NCBI GenBank assembly: GCA_030065985.1
Contig: JASJCM010000012.1
Span: 136-64,135 of the forward strand
From: Woeseiaceae bacterium
GTDB taxonomy: Bacteria > Pseudomonadota > Gammaproteobacteria > Steroidobacterales > Woeseiaceae
Reading direction: 5' to 3'
DNA: 64,000 nucleotides
Part shown: positions 9,749-19,679 of the stretch, piece after piece
Layout: the number at the start of each line of letters is the position of its first letter
Position numbering within the stretch: position 1 is the first letter of the stretch
Notes under the pieces: model-generated
Database searches by the model: none
Told to the model about the DNA's origin: nothing
What the model saw: the letters and a program-made list of their open reading frames with translations, nothing else
Translations under genes and position numbers: made by a program

Positions 9749-11292
9749 TGGCAGCCGTGAAGATCTACGTCCCGCGAGACACAACCGCCGTATCCGTTGG
9801 CGCGGACGACGTCGCGCTCGCCATTGCCCAGGCCGCGAAAGCACGCAGCGCTCAGATCGAGATTGTGCGCAACGGCTCATGGGGCGCTTGCTGGCTGGAG
9901 CCCATGGTCGAGGTGCTCGTAGGCGAGCAACGTATCGCGTATGGCAACGTCGCGCCCGAGGACGTACCCGGCCTGTTCGATGCCGGTCTGCTCGAGGGCG
10001 GCGAGCATGAGAAGCGACTTGGCCCCGTCAATGAAATCGACTACCTGATCTCGCAGGATCGCTGGACCTTCTGGCGCGTCGGCCTGACCGAATCACTGTC
10101 GCTCGACGATTTCCTCGCGCACCAGGGCTTCAAGGCTCTGCAAAAGGCCTGGGAGACGGGTCCGGATGCGGTCATCGAGGCAGTCACGCAGTCCGGCCTG
10201 CGCGGTCGCGGCGGCGCCGGCTTCCCGACGGGCATCAAGTGGCGCACTGTAGCCGACACAGAAGCGGACCAGAAGTACATCGCGTGCAATGCCGACGAAG
10301 GCGACAGCGGTACGTTCTCTGACCGCATGCTGATGGAGGGCGACCCGTTCGGGCTGATCGAAGCGCTCGCCATTGCGGGCTTCGCGGTTGGCGCCGACAA
10401 GGGCTATATCTACCTCCGATCCGAATACGCGCTCACGCATACGATCCTGTCGCGGGCGATCGATACGGCGCGCGATGCAGGCTGGCTCGGCGAGAACATC
10501 CAGGGCAGCGGCTTCGACTTCGACATCGAGCTGCATCTTGGCGCCGGGTCATACGTCTGTGGTGAAGAGACGGCCATGCTCGAAAGCCTCGAGGGCAAGA
10601 AAGGCATCGTGCGCTACAAGCCGCCGCTGCCTGCCATCGAGGGCCTGTTCGGCAAGCCGACGGTCGTCAATAACGTTGTGACGCTTGCGTCGGTCCCCAA
10701 CATTGTCAATCTAGGCGGCGAACGCTATGCCGACATGGGCGTGAATCGCTCGAAAGGCACGCTCGCATTCCAGCTGGCCGGCAACATCAGGCGCGGCGGT
10801 CTGGTTGAAAAGGCGTTCGGCATCACGTTGCGGGAACTTATCGAAGGCTACGGGGGCGGCACCGCGAGCGGTCGGCCGCTCAAGGCCGTGCAAGTCGGCG
10901 GGCCGCTGGGGGCTTACCTGACCGCGGACCAGCTCGACACGCCGCTCGACTATGAGGCCTTTGTCGACATCGGGGCACTGATCGGGCATGGCGGTATCGT
11001 CGTATTTGACGACACAGCGAACATGGCGCTGCAGGCACGGTTTGCGATGGAATTCTGCGCGATTGAGTCCTGCGGCAAGTGCACGCCCTGCCGTATCGGC
11101 TCTACCCGCGGCGTGGAAGTCATTGATCGGCTGATCGGGGGTGAGAATCGCGAAGAGAATTACGATTTGCTGGTCGAACTCTGCGATACGATGGAAGACG
11201 CGTCGCTTTGCGCTATGGGGGGCATGACGCCCTACCCCGTTCGGAGCGTCCTCAGGCACTTTGCGGAAGACTTCGCGGAGGGTAAACAGTGA
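9748..11292 (+). CDS. fdsB: NAD-dependent formate dehydrogenase beta subunit (NuoF-like, FMN/NAD/4Fe-4S)
   Basis: Start trimmed to the ATG at 9748, which overlaps the fdsG stop. Motifs GLRGRGGAGFPTGIKW and ESCGKCTPCRIG. Confidence 0.9.
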   Translation: MAAVKIYVPRDTTAVSVGADDVALAIAQAAKARSAQIEIVRNGSWGACWLEPMVEVLVGEQRIAYGNVAPEDVPGLFDAGLLEGGEHEKRLGPVNEIDYLISQDRWTFWRVGLTESLSLDDFLAHQGFKALQKAWETGPDAVIEAVTQSGLRGRGGAGFPTGIKWRTVADTEADQKYIACNADEGDSGTFSDRMLMEGDPFGLIEALAIAGFAVGADKGYIYLRSEYALTHTILSRAIDTARDAGWLGENIQGSGFDFDIELHLGAGSYVCGEETAMLESLEGKKGIVRYKPPLPAIEGLFGKPTVVNNVVTLASVPNIVNLGGERYADMGVNRSKGTLAFQLAGNIRRGGLVEKAFGITLRELIEGYGGGTASGRPLKAVQVGGPLGAYLTADQLDTPLDYEAFVDIGALIGHGGIVVFDDTANMALQARFAMEFCAIESCGKCTPCRIGSTRGVEVIDRLIGGENREENYDLLVELCDTMEDASLCAMGGMTPYPVRSVLRHFAEDFAEGKQ

Positions 11293-14123
11293 ACCGGACA
11301 CGACAGGCAGATCTCGGCACACCGGCGAGCCCCGCGACGGAGACCGTCGACGTAGAAATTGACGGCTTGCCGGCAACGGTCAAGGCCGGCACCAGTATCC
11401 TGCGCGCGGCGCGCGAATCGGGCGTGGACATCCCGAAACTGTGTGCGACCGATTCGCTGAAACCATTCGGCTCCTGTCGCCTCTGCCTCGTCGAGATCGA
11501 AGGTCGCAACGGCTATCCGGCATCGTGTACGACGCCCGTCGAAGACGGCATGAAGATTCGTACGCAGACCAACAAGCTGTCGCAGCTGCGCCGCAACGTG
11601 ATGGAGCTGTATATCTCCGATCACCCGCTTGACTGCCTGACCTGCTCGGCAAACGGTGACTGCGAATTGCAGGACATGGCGGGAGGCGTTGGTCTGCGCG
11701 AAGTCCGCTACGGCTTCGATGGTGAAAACCACCTCGATGCCCCGGTAGATGCCAGTAACCCCTATTTCCAGTTCGACGCGTCGAAGTGCATCGTTTGCTC
11801 CCGTTGCGTGCGGGCCTGCGACGAGGTCCAGGGAACGTTCGCGCTGACGATCGAGGGGCGCGGTTTCAAGTCCAAAGTATCGGCCGGCATCAGCGAAGAC
11901 TTCCTCGACTCCGAATGTGTGTCTTGCGGCGCCTGTGTGCAGGCCTGCCCGACGGCAACGCTCATGGAGAAGAGCATCGTCGACCACGGTCTGCCGGATC
12001 ACAAAGTCATCACGACCTGCGCGTACTGCGGCGTCGGCTGTTCCTTCCAGGCCGAAATGAAGGGCGACCAGGTCGTCCGCATGACACCGTGGAAGGACGG
12101 CCAGGCAAACCACGGACATTCGTGCGTAAAGGGGCGCTTTGCCTGGGGTTATGCGTCACACCGCGACCGCGTCATGAAGCCCATGATTCGCGAGAACACG
12201 TCTGACCCATGGCGTGAAGTCGAGTGGGATGAAGCGATTCAATACACGGCGCAGCGCTTCAAGGACATCCAGGCAGAACACGGCCGCAAGTCGATCGGTG
12301 GCATCACCTCGTCGCGCTGCACGAATGAGGAAGTCTACGTCGTGCAGAAACTCGTGCGCGCCGCATTCCTGAACAACAACGTCGATACGTGTGCGCGTGT
12401 CTGCCACTCGCCGACCGGTTACGGTCTGAAGACGACGCTCGGTACGTCGGCCGGCACACAGCCGTTCGACAGCGTCATGGATGCCGACGTCATCATGGTA
12501 ATCGGCGCCAACCCAACCGAAGGGCATCCGGTATTCGCATCGCAGATGAAACGGCGCCTGCGCGAGGGCGCCAAACTGATCGTGGTCGATCCACGCGAGA
12601 TCGGTCTGGTCAGGTCTCCGCACATCGAGGCCGAGCATCACTTGCCGCTACTGCCTGGCACGAACGTGCCGATCATCAATGCGCTCGCGCATGTCATCGT
12701 CAGCGAAGGACTGACTGACGAACAGTATATACGGGAACGCTGCGACCTCGAGTCGTGGGAGTCCTGGAAGACGATGATCCTGAAACCGGAAAACTCACCC
12801 AAAGCCGTGGGCGAGGTCTCAGGCGTCGATGCCGATGCCATTCGTGCGGCAGCAAGGCTTTATGGATCAGCCGATAACGCCGCGATCTACTACGGGCTCG
12901 GGGTTACCGAGCACAGCCAGGGCTCGACAATGGTCATGGGCATGGCCAATCTTGCGATGGCGACCGGAAACATCGGACGCTCTGGCGTCGGCGTGAACCC
13001 GCTCAGGGGCCAGAACAACGTGCAAGGTTCTTGCGATATGGGTTCGTTCCCGCATGAACTCGCGGGGTATCGCCATGTCTCCGGCGAAGAGGTGCGCACG
13101 CAGTTCGAGCAGCACTGGGGCGTCAAGATCGATGCCGAGCCGGGCTATCGCATTCCGAACATGTTCGACGCCGCCGTCGCGGGTGAATTCCGCGGCATGT
13201 ACATCCAGGGCGAAGACGTCGCGCAGTCTGATCCGAACACGCACCACGTCGAGGCTGCGCTGAGCAACCTCGACTGTCTCGTCGTACAGGACCTGTTTCT
13301 GAACGAGACCGCCAAATTCGCACACGTATTCCTTCCCGGAACGTCGTTTCTCGAGAAGGACGGCACGTTTATCAATGCTGAACGTCGCATCAATCGCGTG
13401 CGGCCGGTGATGGAACCACAGCAAGGCAAGGACGAATGGCGCATCACCCAGGAAATTGCGCAGGCGCTTGGCTATGACATGGACTATCCAAGTGCGGCCG
13501 CAGTAATGGATGAGATCGCCGAACTCACACCGACCTTCAATAACGTCAGTTTCAAGTTCCTCGACGAAGTCGGCAGTGTGCAATGGCCCTGCAATGACAA
13601 CGCGCCAATGGGGACGCCGATCATGCACGTCGACGCTTTCGTTCGCGGCAAGGGCCTGTTCGTTGAGACCGACTACGTGCCGACCGAGGAGCGCACGAAC
13701 CGCAGGTTCCCGCTGTTGCTCACGACGGGGCGAATCCTCTCGCAATACAACGTGGGCGCGCAGACGCGACGAACCGCGAATAACATCTGGTATGACGAGG
13801 ACCTGCTCGAAGTGCACCCGTCGGATGCGGAAGCGCGCGGTATCAAGGAAGGCATGCTCGTCTCACTGGCGAGCCGCAAAGGCGATATCACGCTTCGTGC
13901 AACGATCACCGAGCGCGTGAAACCCGGTGTCGTCTACACAACCTTCCACAATCCCGAGACCGGTGCCAATGTCGTGACGACCGAGCACAGTGACTGGGCC
14001 ACCAACTGCCCCGAGTACAAGGTCACAGCAGTACAGATCGCGCCGGCATCGCATCGCTCGCAGTGGCAGGATGAGTTTGCGGAACGTGCCGCGGAACAGG
14101 GAAAGATCGCGGAAACGAACTAG
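11289..14123 (+). CDS. fdsA: NAD-dependent formate dehydrogenase alpha subunit (NuoG-like Fe-S domains + Mo-bisPGD catalytic domain)
   Basis: 944 aa. GTGA overlap with fdsB. Fe-S motifs CRLCLVEIEG, CIVCSRCVRAC, CVSCGACVQACP and TTCAYCGVGCSF. The active-site region SSRCTNEE uses Cys (TGC at 12318-12320), not a UGA codon. Confidence 0.92.
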   Translation: MNRTRQADLGTPASPATETVDVEIDGLPATVKAGTSILRAARESGVDIPKLCATDSLKPFGSCRLCLVEIEGRNGYPASCTTPVEDGMKIRTQTNKLSQLRRNVMELYISDHPLDCLTCSANGDCELQDMAGGVGLREVRYGFDGENHLDAPVDASNPYFQFDASKCIVCSRCVRACDEVQGTFALTIEGRGFKSKVSAGISEDFLDSECVSCGACVQACPTATLMEKSIVDHGLPDHKVITTCAYCGVGCSFQAEMKGDQVVRMTPWKDGQANHGHSCVKGRFAWGYASHRDRVMKPMIRENTSDPWREVEWDEAIQYTAQRFKDIQAEHGRKSIGGITSSRCTNEEVYVVQKLVRAAFLNNNVDTCARVCHSPTGYGLKTTLGTSAGTQPFDSVMDADVIMVIGANPTEGHPVFASQMKRRLREGAKLIVVDPREIGLVRSPHIEAEHHLPLLPGTNVPIINALAHVIVSEGLTDEQYIRERCDLESWESWKTMILKPENSPKAVGEVSGVDADAIRAAARLYGSADNAAIYYGLGVTEHSQGSTMVMGMANLAMATGNIGRSGVGVNPLRGQNNVQGSCDMGSFPHELAGYRHVSGEEVRTQFEQHWGVKIDAEPGYRIPNMFDAAVAGEFRGMYIQGEDVAQSDPNTHHVEAALSNLDCLVVQDLFLNETAKFAHVFLPGTSFLEKDGTFINAERRINRVRPVMEPQQGKDEWRITQEIAQALGYDMDYPSAAAVMDEIAELTPTFNNVSFKFLDEVGSVQWPCNDNAPMGTPIMHVDAFVRGKGLFVETDYVPTEERTNRRFPLLLTTGRILSQYNVGAQTRRTANNIWYDEDLLEVHPSDAEARGIKEGMLVSLASRKGDITLRATITERVKPGVVYTTFHNPETGANVVTTEHSDWATNCPEYKVTAVQIAPASHRSQWQDEFAERAAEQGKIAETN

Positions 14124-14129
14124 GGGTTG

Positions 14130-15992
14130 CTACCAGTAGTAACCCACGGAAAGCGATGCCGATTCGGTGCGATTGTCGTGCCACCCCAGTCGCAGATCCC
14201 AATCGCGTGAAACTTCGTAACGCGCGTCAAACGACATCACGTCTTCTGCTTCGAACGCACTATCGAAGTGGTACCGGTACTCGTAACGGGCGGTGAAAGA
14301 CAGACGCTCGCCCACACTCGCATTGACGTAGCCACTGGCGCGCGCGAACAGGTTGCCATAGTCATTGCGATTGTCCTGGGCAGCGCCACCGACGTAAGCC
14401 CCTATCGTCGTGTTGCCGATGAACGGCATCGAGCGGCCAATATCACCGTCGAACCGCGTTACGAGGCAGTCCTCGCAGCCCGGGTACTGCTCGTAGACGC
14501 CGAACCCCATCCGCCATGAACGACCCGCATCGCCGGGCAGCCCCGAGACAGCTCCGTTCACGGCTTCGACGCGGAACAGGCTCGCCTGCCGCAGTCGCAC
14601 ATCGCCGTCCAGTACATCGACGATGATTTCTCCCATCGACAATTCGGAGTTAGGCACATGGCTGACCGAAGAGTCTAGGACATCGTAATAGGCCGGGCGA
14701 ATTCGCAACGAGCCACCGCTGCCCAACTCCGAGTTGTGAGCGTAGCCAAACGAAAAGTAGCCCGGCGCCCGATCCTTCTCGGGGCCGACTTGCGGCTCGG
14801 CGGGTGCATCTCTGTCGCTACCAGGTAACTGGAATCGCAAACCGAGCATCTTCTTGTAGCGCTGGCTCAGCTCGCTGTCGGACGGCTCGTCCTTGGGTAT
14901 CAGGTAACCGTAGTAATCGATCGCTGCATCGACGACGCGCTGCTGACCGCCGACAGGCAGCGCCCCGAGGGAGGGCGCCGTGGCAGGATCGGCGACAAGT
15001 TCAGTCAGCGCATCCTGTTCGCGCTTGTCGAGCTTGGCATAGCTGTCGTAGAACACGGATTGCCGCGACGGATGCCAGCGAACGCTGCGAACAAGTTCTT
15101 TGCCATCGCGGCTCAGGGCGTCCGCGGCCGAAACCAGGGACTGAGGCACAGTCCACGGGCGACTTGGCGGAATGATTTTGACGCCGTCGATGATCTCAAC
15201 GACCTCGGCCATGCGATACGCGCAGTTCTTGCGGAAGAAGTAATAAACGAACTCACGTCCCAGAACTTCCCAGGCATGCGCCATGACGAAGTTGACTTCG
15301 TCCTGACTGAGATTGAGTTCGTACTCCCAGAGGTCGCGAAGCTCAAGCTCACCGTAATTGTAGTCGTGAAAGTAATACTCGATATGACTGAAGCCGGCGT
15401 TGAAGCCACCCGTCGCGCCGTTATAGATGTAGGACAGCGGTCCGACATTGGGCGGAATGATCGCGCCGTAGTTCACCGTCACGTCGAGCAGGTCGGTAGT
15501 GACGCGGCGCTCCGACGAGTTGAACTTCAGCAGCGTGTGCCCGTAGTACGAGGCCGGGTTTCCCAGGTAACCGGTAGCGAAAATGATGCTGATCGAATCG
15601 GTCGCTTCGCCGAAGATCCACTCGTCAAATAACGGACAGGTGATATCGGCGACGCCCGGGAGCAGCGTCTTTTCCTGCAACCACAGGTAGCGCGCCGGAT
15701 AGCGGCATTGGGCATGCTCGTTGGGGTCTCCGTCCAGAGGTTTGGACATCGCGGCAATCGTCGCTTCGAGCTCGCTTTGCGGACTGGTTTTACCGTCGGG
15801 CGAGAGGAAGAATTCCTCGGTCAGGACCACGCTTTCGTAACGGTCGCTCGAAAACCGTGCTTGCTCGTACTTGCCGAGTTTCAGCCAGGTCGTCTCGGTC
15901 GCGACGTCAGCGATATCGACAGCAGCCGATGCTGCGCCTGCACCGAGGAGCAGCATCATGAGAATCAGGGGGTTGAATACTCTGTCTTGCAT
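14130..15992 (-). CDS. DUF4105 (Lnb N-terminal periplasmic domain-like) protein with a C-terminal beta-barrel-like region
   Basis: 620 aa. Signal peptide. Motif ASYYGHTLLKF fits DUF4105 as I recall it. The C-terminal third has alternating strands and ends SVGYYW, which is outer-membrane-protein-like. Confidence 0.7.
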   Translation of the reverse strand: MQDRVFNPLILMMLLLGAGAASAAVDIADVATETTWLKLGKYEQARFSSDRYESVVLTEEFFLSPDGKTSPQSELEATIAAMSKPLDGDPNEHAQCRYPARYLWLQEKTLLPGVADITCPLFDEWIFGEATDSISIIFATGYLGNPASYYGHTLLKFNSSERRVTTDLLDVTVNYGAIIPPNVGPLSYIYNGATGGFNAGFSHIEYYFHDYNYGELELRDLWEYELNLSQDEVNFVMAHAWEVLGREFVYYFFRKNCAYRMAEVVEIIDGVKIIPPSRPWTVPQSLVSAADALSRDGKELVRSVRWHPSRQSVFYDSYAKLDKREQDALTELVADPATAPSLGALPVGGQQRVVDAAIDYYGYLIPKDEPSDSELSQRYKKMLGLRFQLPGSDRDAPAEPQVGPEKDRAPGYFSFGYAHNSELGSGGSLRIRPAYYDVLDSSVSHVPNSELSMGEIIVDVLDGDVRLRQASLFRVEAVNGAVSGLPGDAGRSWRMGFGVYEQYPGCEDCLVTRFDGDIGRSMPFIGNTTIGAYVGGAAQDNRNDYGNLFARASGYVNASVGERLSFTARYEYRYHFDSAFEAEDVMSFDARYEVSRDWDLRLGWHDNRTESASLSVGYYW

Positions 15993-15994
15993 AT

Positions 15995-16028
15995 GAAAAC
16001 GGGTGCTGCCGATTGCCCGACAGCACCC
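15995..16028 (-). terminator. terminator-like hairpin after the DUF3015-like gene
   Basis: On the minus strand, GGGTGCTG-(12 nt)-CAGCACCC is followed by GTTTTCAT. The U-tract ends directly at the ATG of the DUF4105 gene. Confidence 0.6.
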
Positions 16029-16050
16029 GCTATTCAGCTTACGATGATTC

Positions 16051-16566
16051 TTAGGCGGTGCAGCTCGCGCTGAACGTGCCGCGAACCTCGGCGTCGACTA
16101 CTTCGAAGTAGCTCTCAGCCTTTTCGACCTGCGAGAGCTCGTCATAGCTTTCTGCACTGACGATTTCGCTGACGTCGCCACGAATCGCATCAACAATGTC
16201 GCCCTGAACGGCTTTTTCGCAGCCGTAGATCTCCAGCAGCGTTGCAACGTACTCGCCGTCACCACGTGCCGTGTCTTCGATCACGCTGTCATAGGTATCG
16301 TTGATGAACTTTGCTGCCTGAGCCGAACTTCCGGAGCAGGTTTCCGGACTGGCCGTCGCAGAAATCACAGCCGTCGTACCAACGTCCCAGATTACGTTTG
16401 ACGTTACGGCTGCCCAGTCTGTGTTTGGAAACAGCGCGGCGCCAATACCGCAATCAGTAAACGGATTCGGGCCACTGCCGGGCGCCTTATCCTGTGCAAG
16501 CGCGCTGCCCGAGAAACAAACTCCGACGGCGGCAACCCCAAGCAACATTGCTTTGACTTTTTTCAC
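16051..16566 (-). CDS. DUF3015-like exported protein
   Basis: Start trimmed to the GTG at 16566, after GGGGAGAG. Signal peptide VKKVKAMLLGVAAVGVCFSGSALA. Conserved Cys residues and the block INDTYDSVIEDTARGDGEYVATLLEIYGC resemble DUF3015 from memory. Confidence 0.55.
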   Translation of the reverse strand: MKKVKAMLLGVAAVGVCFSGSALAQDKAPGSGPNPFTDCGIGAALFPNTDWAAVTSNVIWDVGTTAVISATASPETCSGSSAQAAKFINDTYDSVIEDTARGDGEYVATLLEIYGCEKAVQGDIVDAIRGDVSEIVSAESYDELSQVEKAESYFEVVDAEVRGTFSASCTA

Positions 16567-16649
16567 AATCACTCTCCCCGTTGTTGTGATGAAATGTCCA
16601 CAAGCATGATTCCCGAATTCGAGCACCTTGTCAAAATGACAGTGTTAAT

Positions 16650-17846
16650 TTATCGGCACGAAACCTGCAGGAGCGCGAAATCCTGCACATAGGCATGTGA
16701 CGTAGAGATGCTTCGACCAACGTTGCCGTTGCTTACACCACCGTCCGGCGACTGGCGCATCCAGCGACCTACCTTGGATTTGCCGTCGACTGTGTAAGTT
16801 GGACGCACGGTCCAGTAAAGATCGCCGCAGGATTCGAGCGGTACGTTGGGGGTATGACTCGTGCCGCGGATGCGGCTGGCTGAGTAGATGGGACGTTGCC
16901 GGTCATAGATTTCGATATCCCAGGTTATGTTCGCAGGATCGATGGCCGGATCGTTCAGATCACTGCTCCATACCAGTGTCGGCGTTCTCGTCTTCGTTTT
17001 GCCCTGCCAGATGTTCTTCTTGTTCGCCTTGATCGAGGCGCTTTTATCGGGTGCAATGTCGTGACTAACGTCGATTCGCTCGAATAGCGCTGAGGAGATT
17101 TCGCGTCCAATGTAGTGGCGCGCGAAGTTGCGATACTCGCGCCACAGAATTGCGTTGTTCTTGGTCCAGTTCGATAGCGTGTCACGATCCTGGTACGTGA
17201 TCTCGCTGCGGTAGAGCGTCGATCCGTCCCTGAAACGCTCGAGCCGTGCCAGCGCGGTCGTCGAGATTATCGCTTCGTTCTTTTGCACGTTGATGCTGAG
17301 GTCGGTAATCGCCACGTACAACAGTGCCTCAGTATCTTCGGGGATTGGCGTGGTCACGGCGAACAGCTTCGGCTGCAGCTCGCCGACCCGCCGCAGACCC
17401 CAGTACACGTCATTGGCGAGCGCGTCGTTGGTCAGCGGCTGATCCACCGCGTCCCTGAGGTCTTCGGTGAGACTGTCGCGAAACTCCTGCAGCTTGCGAT
17501 CCGTGCCTCCGGCGATCGCGCCCGCAATCATGCCGAGCTCTCGCAGGATCGGAATAGGAATGCCAATAGGAACCGGGCCGACCTCGACCGGAATCGTACC
17601 CATACCGGCGCCCTTCGCCATACCGCCGAGTACACCGTCGGTCTTGCGGTCGTATGTGCCTTTGACGGACTCACTGCTCAAGCCGTCTGTCGGCAGAATG
17701 ATGATCCTGGAAACTGACGTCCGCACGGACTCCGGCATGTGCGGGACGGCCGCCTGGCCGAGAACATTCTCTGCCGCAGCAACAGACACATTCGCGAGGG
17801 CGAAGTGCAAAATCAGAATCGAAACGAGTGTTCTCTGCATACCCAT
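16650..17846 (-). CDS. hypothetical secreted protein
   Basis: Start trimmed to the MGMQRTLVSILILHFALANVSVAAA signal peptide. No recognised domain. The C-terminus has a TWDIEIYD...YWTVRPTY block. Confidence 0.55.
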   Translation of the reverse strand: MGMQRTLVSILILHFALANVSVAAAENVLGQAAVPHMPESVRTSVSRIIILPTDGLSSESVKGTYDRKTDGVLGGMAKGAGMGTIPVEVGPVPIGIPIPILRELGMIAGAIAGGTDRKLQEFRDSLTEDLRDAVDQPLTNDALANDVYWGLRRVGELQPKLFAVTTPIPEDTEALLYVAITDLSINVQKNEAIISTTALARLERFRDGSTLYRSEITYQDRDTLSNWTKNNAILWREYRNFARHYIGREISSALFERIDVSHDIAPDKSASIKANKKNIWQGKTKTRTPTLVWSSDLNDPAIDPANITWDIEIYDRQRPIYSASRIRGTSHTPNVPLESCGDLYWTVRPTYTVDGKSKVGRWMRQSPDGGVSNGNVGRSISTSHAYVQDFALLQVSCR

Positions 17847-17950
17847 AATTGTAGCTCGTCTGGCGTGGAGCCTACGATCTGGCCGTGTATCCACGTTTTC
17901 ATGGCACTTCGACAATGAAAGAGCAGTAAATACTCAATGACTGCGGGCGT

Positions 17951-18346
17951 CTATTTCCCTTTGCCGGGCTCTTCGATGACGTCTGGCTCGTCCTGAAACA
18001 TCCACCGTTCGATCGGCTTCTTCAGGGTTGTCGGGAACAACCAGTAGGCGACGCCGAGACCGATCGCGCCCCAGGGTGGCGCGTACTGCACGGCGTAGAC
18101 CGGCCACATAAATGCCTTCAGCGTGTTCATCAGCGAGTCCATCAGGAAGTTGAGGAAGAACTCGATCGCCTGACCAGTGAAGATCGCGCCGATACCAAGG
18201 ACGTCGTCGGCGAGGGAGCCTACTTCAAGTACAACGAACGTCACTGCGAATCCGCAGGCGTACAGACCGCCACCGCGGACTCTCCATACCTTGCGGAACC
18301 ACTGACGAAACCAGCCGTGCCCCTTGTCGACGAAACCGTTGACCAT
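17951..18346 (-). CDS. hypothetical small membrane protein
   Basis: 131 aa with 3 predicted TM helices. Its start codon overlaps the stop of the SYLF gene by 1 nt. Confidence 0.55.
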   Translation of the reverse strand: MVNGFVDKGHGWFRQWFRKVWRVRGGGLYACGFAVTFVVLEVGSLADDVLGIGAIFTGQAIEFFLNFLMDSLMNTLKAFMWPVYAVQYAPPWGAIGLGVAYWLFPTTLKKPIERWMFQDEPDVIEEPGKGK

Positions 18347-18888
18347 TAGCTCTTGTCGACTTTGGTGAACTTCGTACCTTCGAGTGTGAGGTTGTACATC
18401 AGGCCTTTCGAGCCAAAGATGAAACCAACGACGGGGTCACGAATATTGTCGGAATCGATCGTCTTGCCTACGCCTAGATCGATCAGCGCGACGGACCCAT
18501 CGACACCGACCCGCCATCCTTCAGAGTTGCGGAAGCGATCCAGGGCCTCACGGGTCATGAAAGCGATGACGATCGATTTGGCTTGCGCACCAAACTGAAA
18601 GCCGATCGAGCCGCTGGTTGTACGGTAGTAGCCCACCGTCGATCCGCCGACACGCAGGACGCCTTCACCGGACTCGCCCCCGACACCAACGCCGGCCTTA
18701 ATCACGCGAGGAAAGACGAGATAACCGGCCGCCTGGTTGAGAAAGACCTCCGAGCCATTCACCTGCTCGGAAAAAACGCCAAGCGTGTGGTCGGCCTGTC
18801 GATTCAGGCTTCCGGATGAGCTTGCGCAGCCGTTCAGGCTTACACCGAAGAGCAGTAACAGCACAGCAAACAGGGTTTTTCTGATCAT
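18346..18888 (-). CDS. SYLF (YSC84-like) lipid-binding domain lipoprotein
   Basis: Lipobox LNGC. The block KAGVGVGGESGEGVL..GSIGFQFGAQ fits the SYLF domain as I recall it. ATGA overlap with the hutG stop. Confidence 0.75.
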   Translation of the reverse strand: MIRKTLFAVLLLLFGVSLNGCASSSGSLNRQADHTLGVFSEQVNGSEVFLNQAAGYLVFPRVIKAGVGVGGESGEGVLRVGGSTVGYYRTTSGSIGFQFGAQAKSIVIAFMTREALDRFRNSEGWRVGVDGSVALIDLGVGKTIDSDNIRDPVVGFIFGSKGLMYNLTLEGTKFTKVDKS

Positions 18889-19679
18889 TGGTTTTTCCCC
18901 ATATTTCTTGCAGATTCGAGGTATCCCCTCAGCATGGCCCGGAGCGTATCACGAAGATGCAGCGCTTTTTCAGCATCGAACATCCGGGTCTGCTCGTCCA
19001 TATAGACACGTTGTGAAATCTCAAGTTGCACGGCATGAATTCCATTGTCCGGGTCACCGTAGTGCCGCGTGATGTAGCCGCCGCGAAAGCGACCGTTCAG
19101 GACCGAGCTGAAAGCGCTCGCCTCCGCAACAGCGTTTACCGCCTCCTCCAACGCACTGTCGCAGCTGGCACCGCCGTTCGTGCCAATATTCAGCGCCGGT
19201 AGCTCGCCGTCAAAGAGCCGCGGAACCCGGCTTGGAATCGAATGCGCATCCCAGAGCAACGCGTACCCGTGTCGCTCGCGAATCGCGTCGAGCGTGGCTC
19301 GAATCTTGTCGTGGTAGGGCTGCCAGAAAACCTGGACCCGGGCCGGCCTGTCGAACTCAGCGTCGTCAGCGTAAATCGCATCGCCGGCAAACGTCTCGGT
19401 CGGGCAGAGCCCTGTCGCCAGCTGTCCAGGATAAAGCGCCTCGTCGGTCGCCGGCCGGTTCAGGTCGACGACGTAGCGCGAATAGTTGGCGACCAGAATG
19501 CTTGCACCAAGATCGCCCGCGAACTCGTAGAGCTGGGCGACATGCCAGTCGGTGTCCGGCAACTCCGTGCCGGCTGGCGTCATCTGCGCTCGCATGTCGG
19601 CGGGCAGGTGACAGCCGTCGTGCGGGACGCTGATCAACAGCGGTGCACTACCCTCCCGGAAGCCAAAGACATCGATCAC
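18885..19679 (-). CDS. hutG: N-formylglutamate amidohydrolase
   Basis: 264 aa. N-terminus GSAPLLISVPHDG. GTGA overlap with hutH. Confidence 0.88.
   Translation of the reverse strand: MIDVFGFREGSAPLLISVPHDGCHLPADMRAQMTPAGTELPDTDWHVAQLYEFAGDLGASILVANYSRYVVDLNRPATDEALYPGQLATGLCPTETFAGDAIYADDAEFDRPARVQVFWQPYHDKIRATLDAIRERHGYALLWDAHSIPSRVPRLFDGELPALNIGTNGGASCDSALEEAVNAVAEASAFSSVLNGRFRGGYITRHYGDPDNGIHAVQLEISQRVYMDEQTRMFDAEKALHLRDTLRAMLRGYLESARNMGKNQ

Noticed and set aside
12318-12320. Possible selenocysteine (in-frame UGA) at the formate dehydrogenase active site.
   Set aside because: The codon in SSRCTNEE is TGC (Cys), and the ORF is uninterrupted. I looked for no SECIS element because none is needed.
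11232-13817. Long minus-strand ORFs (11232-12119, 12156-12641, 12867-13817) antisense to fdsA.
   Set aside because: The plus frame encodes a complete formate dehydrogenase alpha subunit with all Fe-S motifs. The antisense ORFs are typical high-GC shadow ORFs.
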